Below are positions 9,995-18,872 of a stretch of 64,000 bases of DNA, in pieces. The notes beneath the pieces are model-generated. The model ran no database searches. It was not told the DNA's origin and was given only the letters and a program-made list of their open reading frames with translations. Both the position numbers and the translations under genes were made by a program. The stretch's first letter is position 1; the number at the start of each line of letters is the position of its first letter. The DNA comes from a virus: positions 1-64,000 of IMG/VR virus record IMGVR_UViG_3300010938_000281; one strand, 5' to 3'.

Positions 9995-10576
9995 ATGATA
10001 TACAACAATATTAAACAGGGTATTATAGATTGTAAAAATTGTCCATTATCCGAACAACTAGATTATGGTTGTATGCCTGTATGGGGTGCTGGTAGTAAGC
10101 TGGCGGATATTTTAATTCTTAACCTAAGAGCCTCACAAGAGGCTCATTTAATTGAGAAGCCTATCGAAACAAAATATTCACTACTACTACACAAGATACT
10201 CGAAAAGTCCGGCCTGGAAGATAAAAATGTATTTGTAACAAATCTATTGAAATGTAAATGCGATACTACTCCAGCCAAACCTTTTAAGGCCAATCTGGAA
10301 ACTTGTAAAAGGTCATGGTTGTATAAAGAAATAGAGTGTATTCCTAGTATTAAAAGTATCTTGGTTATGGGTAAGAATACATTACAAAGATTTCTTGATA
10401 ATAAAATGGATATAGATGAAGTTAACGAAATTACATATAGTGTGAACGGTCTGCGTGTTTTTGCTACATATTCGCTCGAAGAAATATTTCGCAAAGGTTC
10501 TGTTTATATGGACCACTCAGTTAAAATTCTTAAGAATATAAGGGATATAAATGCTAAAATCGAAACTTCAAGGTGA
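9995..10576 (+). CDS. Uracil-DNA glycosylase family 4-like protein with degenerate active-site motifs
   Basis: CKNCPL, VWGAG..ADILIL, FVTNLLKC, C..WLYKEI, ILVMGK. Confidence 0.7.
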   Translation: MIYNNIKQGIIDCKNCPLSEQLDYGCMPVWGAGSKLADILILNLRASQEAHLIEKPIETKYSLLLHKILEKSGLEDKNVFVTNLLKCKCDTTPAKPFKANLETCKRSWLYKEIECIPSIKSILVMGKNTLQRFLDNKMDIDEVNEITYSVNGLRVFATYSLEEIFRKGSVYMDHSVKILKNIRDINAKIETSR

Positions 10577-11027
10577 TGAGGTAGAAGACACTCTTGTATC
10601 GGTATTAAGTAAATTTGGACAAACACAAAAAAATACAGAATATGGACTTAGATATGAGTATGATGTTGAGTGTAATATTTCTGATGGAAAAGTAAACTAT
10701 AAACTAACATTTGAGTGTAAGAACGACGTTATGGCAAAAAAAACAGGCAACGTCGCAATAGAATATCACAATTCTAAGAAAAATGAACCTTCTGGAGTTT
10801 CGAGAACCTCTGCTGTATTTTGGGCGCATAAAATCGGGGGAATTATCTGGATTGTGTCTGTTAAAGCGTTGAAGGATTTTATTGATGTCACAAAGCCGGT
10901 TAAGGTTATAGAGAGCGGCGGCGATGATAATGCTAACTTACTAATTTACCGTATTGATGATTTTACAACAATCTGTAAACCTTTAGAGGAGTTTCAACAT
11001 GCGAACGATTTTATTGATATGCTTTAG
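10551..11027 (+). CDS. Putative PD-(D/E)XK nuclease-fold protein
   Basis: G..VE, YDV, FECKND, TGNVAIE pattern. Confidence 0.55.
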   Translation: MLKSKLQGDEVEDTLVSVLSKFGQTQKNTEYGLRYEYDVECNISDGKVNYKLTFECKNDVMAKKTGNVAIEYHNSKKNEPSGVSRTSAVFWAHKIGGIIWIVSVKALKDFIDVTKPVKVIESGGDDNANLLIYRIDDFTTICKPLEEFQHANDFIDML

Positions 11028-11316
11028 TCTTATTACTACTATTGGATTTGCCGGTGGCCCACATACTGGGCCGGGGGGCACTTCTCTTCATCGTAATATA
11101 GGAATTGCTCCGTATGGTACGGGGTATGTAACACAGAACGTATTTGGAGGTCGGGATTACTACGACTTACACTCTCGTCGTTTAGGATATAGTAAACCAT
11201 ATGGTAGCGGTTATAAATACTACAATAGAAACGGGGCTTATATTATGAGGTCTAACGGTGGTAGAGTATACGTTAATCCAAACGCTCCACAATACATGCC
11301 GTTTCTAGGAGAATAA
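10999..11316 (+). CDS. Small exported Gly/Tyr-rich protein
   Basis: Signal peptide-like MRTILLICFSLITTIGFA, then G/Y-rich beta-hairpin-like repeats. Confidence 0.55.
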   Translation: MRTILLICFSLITTIGFAGGPHTGPGGTSLHRNIGIAPYGTGYVTQNVFGGRDYYDLHSRRLGYSKPYGSGYKYYNRNGAYIMRSNGGRVYVNPNAPQYMPFLGE

Positions 11317-11322
11317 TATCGT

Positions 11323-12027
11323 ATGAATTTGAACAATATAATTGTCTACGATTTTGAAACGGGAAGTAAAAATCCAAATCTAACACAGGTTACTCAGTTA
11401 AGCGCGGTGGTGCTAGACCCGCGCACGTTTACAATGATTGAAGGGGCGGTATTTAATACAGAAGTAAAGCCAATTTTTGATGATGAAAAAGCTCTAGCCG
11501 CCGGATTGGAACCGGTTCAACAAGAAGCTCTTGATATAACAAGAAAAACAAGAGAAAGGTTGGAAAAAGCTCCAACAATTGATGTGGTGTGGCCCGATTT
11601 TATTGCGTTTACTGAACGTTATAAAAGTGGCCGTCGAACAAGTAACTGGGATAATGTAATAGCTGCCGGTTTTAATATCGTTAATTTCGATTCTATAATT
11701 ATCAATAGGCTATGTAAACAATATGGACCTTATGATGATAAGTATTCATCTCAGAAAATATTTCATCCAGTTTATTGTATAGATATCATGCACGATATTT
11801 GGCGATGGACCGATAATGAAAAAATTAACAGCGCCAACTCAAAAAGCCTAGACTCTGTGCGCGAGTGGTTAGGAATGCCTAAAGACGGCGCTCACGATGG
11901 TCTTAATGACGTTCTCGACTGTGCAGAATTGCTTAAGAGGTTTATGGAGAAATATAGATTCTTCTATAAGAAAACCAAGTTTGAAGGCGCTATGGCCGGA
12001 TGGAAACGTCCAGAGGTGAAGGTATAA
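11323..12027 (+). CDS. DEDDh 3'-5' exonuclease (DnaQ/epsilon-like)
   Basis: ExoI VYDFETG, ExoII AGFNIVNFD, ExoIII AHDGLND. Confidence 0.88.
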   Translation: MNLNNIIVYDFETGSKNPNLTQVTQLSAVVLDPRTFTMIEGAVFNTEVKPIFDDEKALAAGLEPVQQEALDITRKTRERLEKAPTIDVVWPDFIAFTERYKSGRRTSNWDNVIAAGFNIVNFDSIIINRLCKQYGPYDDKYSSQKIFHPVYCIDIMHDIWRWTDNEKINSANSKSLDSVREWLGMPKDGAHDGLNDVLDCAELLKRFMEKYRFFYKKTKFEGAMAGWKRPEVKV

Positions 12028-12068
12028 GTAAGATTTTTGTAGAAAAATTTCTAATACGAGGGGTTGAT

Positions 12069-12974
12069 ATGGATTATTCCTTTGAATGCGGTTGTAAGTT
12101 TCCAATAGTGGGCGAAGGAATAAAAGGTATAGATGGTTTACCGCCTATTAAGATTGACTACGAGAATCTTAATCTAAGATGTCCGCACACATGGGAGCTT
12201 TTTGCAAAAGGATATACTAAGGGTATATTTCAACTAGAAACTAATCTAGGACAGGGGTGGTCTAAAAAACTACAGCCGGTTACTATTGAGGAAGTTTCGG
12301 CGCTTACAGCTATATTGAGACCTGGGATGTTGAAGTCAATGTTAGACGGAAAGTCTATGACCCAACATTTCGTAGATAGAAGAAATCTACAGGAAGATTT
12401 TACCTACTTCCACCCTCTTGCCGAACCAATTCTTTCGGAAACTCACGGTACAATGACGTATCAAGAGCAAATTCTTTCTATTGCTAAAATATTTGCCGGT
12501 TTCAGTCTACAGCAGGCCGATACTCTTCGTAAAGCTATGGGTAAGAAAAAAGCGGACGTAATGGCTAAGTGTCGTGAAGAGTTCGTAACCGGATGTAAAA
12601 ATATGGCTATCATTACAGATGATGATGCTATAGCTTTATTTGATATTATTGAAAAGTCAAATAGGTATTCGTTTAATAAGTGTATATCTCCCAATACAGT
12701 AGTATCAACTAAAGATAGAGAATTTATAACAATAGATGATTTAGCTATAGGCTCACAGATTCTTTGTCCGTCAGATATTGGTTGTACTGATACATACTAT
12801 GAAGTTATAAATAAATACGAAAATGGTAATAAAGAACTATACGAGATAGAGGTAGAAAGCGGGAATAAAATAGAATGTACCTTAGACCACGAGTTTTTGT
12901 GTGAAGACCTAGTTAAAAGACCTTTAATAGATATTTTGTCAGAAAATAGAAAAATAATGGTAGAAGATGATTGA
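12069..12974 (+). CDS. dnaE: DnaE piece 3 (fingers) fused to split intein 2 N-half
   Basis: GIFQLET, ALTAILRPG, ILSETHG..YQEQ, ADTLRKAMGKKK, YSFNK; then CISPNT (12681) and CTLDHEF; ATG 12069 with GAGGG SD. Confidence 0.92.
   Translation: MDYSFECGCKFPIVGEGIKGIDGLPPIKIDYENLNLRCPHTWELFAKGYTKGIFQLETNLGQGWSKKLQPVTIEEVSALTAILRPGMLKSMLDGKSMTQHFVDRRNLQEDFTYFHPLAEPILSETHGTMTYQEQILSIAKIFAGFSLQQADTLRKAMGKKKADVMAKCREEFVTGCKNMAIITDDDAIALFDIIEKSNRYSFNKCISPNTVVSTKDREFITIDDLAIGSQILCPSDIGCTDTYYEVINKYENGNKELYEIEVESGNKIECTLDHEFLCEDLVKRPLIDILSENRKIMVEDD
12681..12971 (+). mobile_element. Split intein 2, N-part (97 aa)
   Basis: Cys1 after FNK; block B CTLDH; acidic. Confidence 0.88.
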
Positions 12975-13182
12975 AGTTGACGGAGATTATTAGCATTCTA
13001 ATCCTAAAATATATCCAAACGGTCCAGTAACAACAATCCAAAAAAGAAACGGTTGTATTCAAAACAAGAAGGATAAATATTGTTTAGATAACAATCATAA
13101 GATTATTAGATTTTGGGAATCAGATATAATTAATAATATTGAGTATATAAAAGGGGTAATATTATGCACGCTGAAAGAATAG
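12967..13182 (+). pseudogene. Remnant of Vsr-like (EDxHD-type) homing endonuclease between intein halves
   Basis: Translates MIEVDGDY*HSNPK...KIIRFWESDI..*; TAG at 12991 falls where Trp of EVDGDYWH is expected; N-terminal part missing. Confidence 0.8.
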
Positions 13183-13277
13183 TATCTATTAAGTCTATAG
13201 GAGTACGTAGATGTGTAGATATAGAGGTAAATAGTAAACGTCATATTTTTTATGGTAATGGATTAGCAACCTCAAAC
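13164..13277 (+). mobile_element. Split intein 2, C-part
   Basis: Block F CVDIEV; ends S-N (no penultimate His); +1 Ser. Confidence 0.88.
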
Positions 13278-14279
13278 TCACACGCTATTAGCTATGGTCA
13301 AACTGCATATATGTGCGCTATCCCTAAACGCCATTTCCCTTTACACTTCTTTACTGCATGGTTGTCATATGCTGGTGGTAAAATGAAACCTAGAGAAGAA
13401 ATTGCGGAACTAATACAAGAGACAAAGAATTTTAATGTTTCTGTGGAAAATCCAAACATTTCCTATAAAAATCAAAATTTTGTTCTCGATAATGGTAAAA
13501 TAAGATACGGACTAGGCTCTATTAAATCTTGCGGCGCTGCGGAAGTGTCTAAACTTTTAATACTCCTACAAGATACCGAGAAAAGACTTGGTAAGAGCGT
13601 TAAAGATTTTACGTGGCATGAATTACTTACTAAGGTTTTACCATACTCAAGGAAAGATGTTGTTAATAACTTAATACACGCTGGTGCTATAAGCCAACAC
13701 GGCCTTACTAGAAACTATATGTTGTTTCAATATAATAAAATATGCGAGCTTAACGATGCGGAAATAGAGTGGATTAACAAAAACTCTAACTGTAATTCGC
13801 TATATGATGATATAGAGAATATGATACTTAATAAGAAAACAGTAGCTAAAAGAAAAGAAAAACTGAAAAATCTGCTTACTTCATTAGCAAATCCACCCCT
13901 TAATTTAGATGATTCTATTGATGTTATAGCGAAAAGAGAAGAAGACGTTTTGGGTATATCCTTATCTTGTTCGCGACTTGATGCTAAAAATACCGGATTT
14001 GTTAATTGTACTTGTTTAGAGTTTAACAGGGGAGAAAAAATCAATAAAGTTATTATTGCCGTCCAACTTTCTCGTGTCACGGAATGGTCTCCTAAAGGTT
14101 CTGATAAGAAACTTTGTTTTTTAACGGGATACGATAAAACCGGCAAGATAGATATAATGGTCCCACACCAAGAATATGAGAAGTTTTCATTCTTATTGTT
14201 TAACGGAAACACCGTTGCAATTCATGGTAGTATAAACGCTAAATCTAATCTAACAGCAAAGGTGATAACACAACTATGA
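13164..14279 (+). CDS. dnaE: Split intein 2 C-half (38 aa) fused to DnaE piece 4 (HhH and OB-fold region)
   Basis: MHAERIVSIKSIG..CVDIEV...FYGNGLATSN|SHAISY; PNIS, IRYGLGSIK, LIHAGA, EEDVLGISLS, C-terminal OB fold. Confidence 0.92.
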   Translation: MHAERIVSIKSIGVRRCVDIEVNSKRHIFYGNGLATSNSHAISYGQTAYMCAIPKRHFPLHFFTAWLSYAGGKMKPREEIAELIQETKNFNVSVENPNISYKNQNFVLDNGKIRYGLGSIKSCGAAEVSKLLILLQDTEKRLGKSVKDFTWHELLTKVLPYSRKDVVNNLIHAGAISQHGLTRNYMLFQYNKICELNDAEIEWINKNSNCNSLYDDIENMILNKKTVAKRKEKLKNLLTSLANPPLNLDDSIDVIAKREEDVLGISLSCSRLDAKNTGFVNCTCLEFNRGEKINKVIIAVQLSRVTEWSPKGSDKKLCFLTGYDKTGKIDIMVPHQEYEKFSFLLFNGNTVAIHGSINAKSNLTAKVITQL

Positions 14280-14773
14280 TAGACGTTAGACAACTTCATA
14301 TAGATAATGGATATTTTGTTAAGCTAACAAATAATAAAGAGAGAAATATTTGTGTTGCCAAAATACCAGCTAATATATTCGTTGACCTACCAGAAACAAC
14401 AACAATCTACGAAATGGAAGATGAGAGGGTTTCTGTTTATAGGAACAAACGAAAGTTTCTATCTAAAAGATGTCCTAACTATGCAATAAGGGTTATGGTT
14501 TGGAGCCATCTACTAAGAATGCTTGAAGATAGGAATATGTATTCTATACCTGTTGTAGCGGAAGATAATGGTACTATATTAAAAGATTGTACTAATCTTG
14601 ATACAATTTTACCAATTACCTCTCTATTAGAAGAACCTGAGATTCACAACAATGTGGAACTCGAAATAAAGTTACTCGATGCTATAGCTAAATGTAGTAA
14701 GAGCGGAGTCGAACCGCCAAAAGAGGTTTTGGAGGGTTTTGTTGCTAGTGTAAATATGTTTAAGGGAGATTGA
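14276..14773 (+). CDS. Hypothetical protein
   Basis: 165-aa ORF, ATGA-coupled to dnaE piece 4. Confidence 0.6.
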   Translation: MIDVRQLHIDNGYFVKLTNNKERNICVAKIPANIFVDLPETTTIYEMEDERVSVYRNKRKFLSKRCPNYAIRVMVWSHLLRMLEDRNMYSIPVVAEDNGTILKDCTNLDTILPITSLLEEPEIHNNVELEIKLLDAIAKCSKSGVEPPKEVLEGFVASVNMFKGD

Positions 14774-14775
14774 TT

Positions 14776-15147
14776 ATGGCTGAACTAAATGCTCACGGCG
14801 CAATTATTATTTGTACAGAACTAGAATTAAAACCTGTACTTAGTACGTTCGTGCTAAACTTTTCTGGTAAGACTATTGAGCGTGTAAAGAATCAAACTAC
14901 CGGCGAATACGAATCGGTTCCACATTATTTCTCTTGGGAAATTTGGGATTCTGCCGCTAAGTTTCTTTCAGAGAACGCAAAACGGGGAGATAAAATCATA
15001 ATTCATAGCGCTACTCCTAGAGAGCATAAGTGGGTTAAGGACGGTAAGAATTTTTCAAAGGTTGTATTTAGAATAAATAAATTTGAGCTTTGCGGACTAC
15101 CACCACAGTTTTCTAGCGATACTAACGAGCCGGCGGTACAAAGCTAG
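14776..15147 (+). CDS. ssb: Single-stranded DNA-binding protein (OB fold)
   Basis: ELELK, HYFSWEIWDSAA, KRGD.I, REHKW..DGK..SK..FR pattern of bacterial-type SSB; position in replication module. Confidence 0.7.
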   Translation: MAELNAHGAIIICTELELKPVLSTFVLNFSGKTIERVKNQTTGEYESVPHYFSWEIWDSAAKFLSENAKRGDKIIIHSATPREHKWVKDGKNFSKVVFRINKFELCGLPPQFSSDTNEPAVQS

Positions 15148-15162
15148 TAGGATGTTACTAAT

Positions 15163-16761
15163 ATGACGAAGGTTTTAGTTTGTTCCGAATTTAGCCAAAT
15201 AGGTAGCGGTTATGGTACGTATACTAAAGAATTACTTGCCGGGTTTTTGAAACACGGAATTGAGTTTGCTGAAATGGCTTCGTATTGTAGGCCGGACGAT
15301 AACCGTATACAAAACTGTAGATGGCGTGTATATCCTGTAATGCCTCACACACAAGACGTTGATGGTTGGGATGTCTATAATTCTCACCCAGCAAACGCTT
15401 TTGGTAAACATATTTTTGAAGACGTATTACTTGATTATAAGCCAACACACGTTATAGATGTTAGGGATGTTTGGAATTTAACGCACGAACTAATATCCCC
15501 TCTTAGAGACTTTTATTCATATTGCATTATGCCAGCGGTAGATTCAGACCCACAAAGTAAAAACTGGCTCGATATGTATAGTAAAGCTGACGCTGTAGTT
15601 ACATACTGCGATTGGGCAACAAACCTACTTCATAGATATGGTCTTAAAAATGTTGTAGGTGCAGCATCGCCAGTACCGGCGGAAGAATTCAAACCTTTAC
15701 CAGATAGAGACAAATTAAAAGCTAGTCTAGGTCTTGGTGACGTTAAAATCGTCGGTACTGTTATGAGAAATCAGCCTAGAAAACTATTTCCTCATCTATT
15801 CAAAATGTTTCGCAAATATATCGAAACTAGCGGTCGTGACGATGTATATCTATACTGCCATACATCGTATCCCGACGTGTGGGAAATGGACGAGCTTCTT
15901 ATAGAACATAATATTGGACATAAGGTTATATTTACATATTACTGTCCTGCATGTAATTATATTGAAACGTCCTTCTATAAAGGTCCGTTTGCCGCATGTT
16001 CTCATTGTAATCAAAGAAATAGTCTAAAGTTACCAACCACATATCAACCAATATCTCAGTATTCACTTAATCAAATATACAACCTATTTGACCTATATAT
16101 ACAATATGCGGCTTTAGAGGGTTATGGTATTCCACTTGCCGAAGCTGCCGCCGCTAGTATTCCAAGTATGTGTGTGGACTATTCAGCTATGGAAACCTTT
16201 ATTAAGGAATCTAATACTGTACCTATTAAGGTAAAAAATTATCACATTGAGCCGGAAACCGGTAGAAGATTTGCTTTACCAGACGAAGAGGATGCTGTCG
16301 CTAAAATAACAGAATTATTATCTCTACCAAAGTCCGAACTAGAGCAACTTGGTAAAATGTCAAGATTTATGTACGGCGTGCGTAACACCGATGATATAGT
16401 AGAAACTTGGATTAAAGCTATAAATGGAACAAAACCAAGACTAAATTGGGACTCTCCAAAAAGACAATATAGAAACCCACAAGACTATCCAAAAAATTTA
16501 ACACATGAATTATTCGCTAAATGGATAATAGTAGATGTTCTACAAGACCCTTCTTATATAGGTTCTTATATGGAAGCGAGAATGGTAAGAGACCTAGAGA
16601 ACGGATTTGCTCTTGTTGGACATGATAATAAATATTTCTATGAGGCTCTTAATATACCATCACAAAGATTTCAGCCTTTTAGTCAAGAGATAGCTTTTAA
16701 TCATTTTAGAAACCTGTTACAAGAAAAATTAGTTTGGGAAGATAAAAGGATAGGTGTATGA
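15163..16761 (+). CDS. Glycosyltransferase, GT-B/GT4
   Basis: SGYG, VMRNQPRK, EGYGIPLAEA (EX7E); CxxC zinc-ribbon insert. Confidence 0.85.
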   Translation: MTKVLVCSEFSQIGSGYGTYTKELLAGFLKHGIEFAEMASYCRPDDNRIQNCRWRVYPVMPHTQDVDGWDVYNSHPANAFGKHIFEDVLLDYKPTHVIDVRDVWNLTHELISPLRDFYSYCIMPAVDSDPQSKNWLDMYSKADAVVTYCDWATNLLHRYGLKNVVGAASPVPAEEFKPLPDRDKLKASLGLGDVKIVGTVMRNQPRKLFPHLFKMFRKYIETSGRDDVYLYCHTSYPDVWEMDELLIEHNIGHKVIFTYYCPACNYIETSFYKGPFAACSHCNQRNSLKLPTTYQPISQYSLNQIYNLFDLYIQYAALEGYGIPLAEAAAASIPSMCVDYSAMETFIKESNTVPIKVKNYHIEPETGRRFALPDEEDAVAKITELLSLPKSELEQLGKMSRFMYGVRNTDDIVETWIKAINGTKPRLNWDSPKRQYRNPQDYPKNLTHELFAKWIIVDVLQDPSYIGSYMEARMVRDLENGFALVGHDNKYFYEALNIPSQRFQPFSQEIAFNHFRNLLQEKLVWEDKRIGV

Positions 16762-17867
16762 AGGTTTTATACATTGGGCATTTTACCAACGGAACTTCTG
16801 GTTGGAGACAGGCCGCGCTGGACTATCTATTAGCTATGGATAGTGTTGGTATAGATGTCGTTCCTCGTTCTGTTAGACTGAACGATAGCAAACCAGAGAT
16901 GCCGGAAAGATACAAAGAGCTTGAATCCAAGTCTATAAAGGGTTGCGATGTAGTTATCCAGCACGTTCTTCCTCATCATCTAAAATACGACGGTCGTTTT
17001 AACAAAAACATTGCCTTATGCGTTTATGAATCCGCTGGACAATTCTTGAGCAATTGGGACTCTAAGATTAACATGATGGACGAGCTATGGGTTCCATCAG
17101 AATTTACAAGAAACGTATTTGATTCTAGTGGTATTACTAGACCTATTAAGATAGTTCCACACACTTTTAATTTGAATAAATATAAGCAAAAGTATGATAA
17201 GATTGATAATAGTGATATTAGCGGTAACTATATATTCTATACTATAGCGGACCTTAATATACGCAAAAATCTAAGAGCTATTGTTGAGGCTTTTCACCTA
17301 GAATTTACACCAAACGAACCGGTAAAACTAATTATCAAAAGTCAAAAATTCGGCAAGTCGGCACAAGAGACATTCGAGCTTATAAAGAGCGAGTGTGATA
17401 AGATTAAGGACGGTATGAAGCTCTATAGAAACAGAGACGTTTATCATCGCGAGCTTATTATTACAACACAACTATCTGAATTAGAATTGATGCAACTACA
17501 CGCTACTGGAAATTGTTATGTTAATAGCTCTCACGGCGAAGCGTGGTGTATCCCATTATTTGAAGCTATGGCTATGGGAAAACAGCTTATATTTCCTGAG
17601 CATATGTACGACTATCTCGATGACTATTATCCAAGTCAAGGTATGTATCCAATAACATCTAGCGAAAATATTTGTTTTGGATGTACAGACACTTTTTGGG
17701 AAATAGGGTCGTCACGAGAATCATGGAACGAATACTCGATAAATAATATTGCCGAACAGATGAGACGTGCCTATAACGAGAGAAATTTACAAAACGATAA
17801 TTCTTATATTGCCGAGAATTACAATTATGAAACAGTCGGAAATCATATAAGGAGCATGTTATGGTAA
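16758..17867 (+). CDS. Glycosyltransferase, GT-B/GT4
   Basis: ELWVPS, RKNL, SHGEAWCIPLFEAMAMGK. Confidence 0.85.
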   Translation: MKVLYIGHFTNGTSGWRQAALDYLLAMDSVGIDVVPRSVRLNDSKPEMPERYKELESKSIKGCDVVIQHVLPHHLKYDGRFNKNIALCVYESAGQFLSNWDSKINMMDELWVPSEFTRNVFDSSGITRPIKIVPHTFNLNKYKQKYDKIDNSDISGNYIFYTIADLNIRKNLRAIVEAFHLEFTPNEPVKLIIKSQKFGKSAQETFELIKSECDKIKDGMKLYRNRDVYHRELIITTQLSELELMQLHATGNCYVNSSHGEAWCIPLFEAMAMGKQLIFPEHMYDYLDDYYPSQGMYPITSSENICFGCTDTFWEIGSSRESWNEYSINNIAEQMRRAYNERNLQNDNSYIAENYNYETVGNHIRSMLW

Positions 17868-18865
17868 GCTCGGTAGGCTCCATTCTTCGTAAAGCCAATC
17901 TAAAGTCAGACGAAAAACTTAATATACTTACATTCGTAACACATGAAAGATATGAACCAAACCTATGTTTGACAAGACATAATTTTTTCTCCTTGTTTGG
18001 TGACGGTACTAGAAGTTGGAATCCTAAAGTAGCGCCTATACCGGATAATTATTATCCATATCAGGTACAACAATGGGATAATTCCATGCTTACTAATTTG
18101 CCTATGGATATCGAGATTGATTGTATTATAGCTCAAAATAGATTCGCTCATATTAAAATAGCTAAAATGATACAACAGTATTTAGATGTTCCTATTATTA
18201 GTATCGAACATACAGACACGATGCCTGATTGGCCCGAATACTATATAAAGGAACTGGCCGGTTTAGGTGGAGATATCAACGTATTTATATCAGAGTATAA
18301 TAAAGAGCGTTGGATGAATAAAGATGGTGTTGTTATAGAACATATGATAAACGCCGATACGTTCTGTCCCGGTAAAGATGTAAGACAGAAATATGTACTG
18401 TCTATGTGCAACGATTGGATTAACAGAGATATGCCTTGCGGTTTTTCTATTTGGCAGCAAACTATACAGGGTTTCCCGTATAAGGTTGTTGGTGAAACAC
18501 CTGGATTATCTAAAGGTACTAATTCACTAGAAGAATGTATTAAAGAACTGCAAACAGCGGCTATATTCCTTAATACCTCACAGTTTTCACCCATACCAAT
18601 GTCTGTGTTGGAAGCTATGTCTTGTGGTTGTGCTATAGTTAGCTCTGCCACATGTATGATTCCAGAAATTATTGAACATGGTGTTAATGGATTCATCTCT
18701 AATGATATTAGTAAACTACGTCAATATATAGACGAACTTTTAATAGACGATAATCTTAGAGTTAAGATGGGTGAAGCGGCTAGACAAACAATAATTGATA
18801 GATTTAATAAAGAGAGGTTTTTGAATGGATGGAATTCAGTCTTTGATAGAATTAGAAATAGTTAA
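17861..18865 (+). CDS. Glycosyltransferase, GT-B/GT4
   Basis: FLNTS...PMSVLEAMSCGCAIV, EIIEHGVNGF, MGEAARQ. Confidence 0.88.
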   Translation: MVSSVGSILRKANLKSDEKLNILTFVTHERYEPNLCLTRHNFFSLFGDGTRSWNPKVAPIPDNYYPYQVQQWDNSMLTNLPMDIEIDCIIAQNRFAHIKIAKMIQQYLDVPIISIEHTDTMPDWPEYYIKELAGLGGDINVFISEYNKERWMNKDGVVIEHMINADTFCPGKDVRQKYVLSMCNDWINRDMPCGFSIWQQTIQGFPYKVVGETPGLSKGTNSLEECIKELQTAAIFLNTSQFSPIPMSVLEAMSCGCAIVSSATCMIPEIIEHGVNGFISNDISKLRQYIDELLIDDNLRVKMGEAARQTIIDRFNKERFLNGWNSVFDRIRNS

Positions 18866-18872
18866 TAGGGTT

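Noticed and set aside
8356-12069. Third split intein or a group I intron joining DnaE pieces 2 and 3
   Set aside because: No Cys/Ser block A at the end of piece 2 and no HN/SN block at the start of piece 3; 3.7 kb of ordinary genes intervene; piece 3 has its own SD
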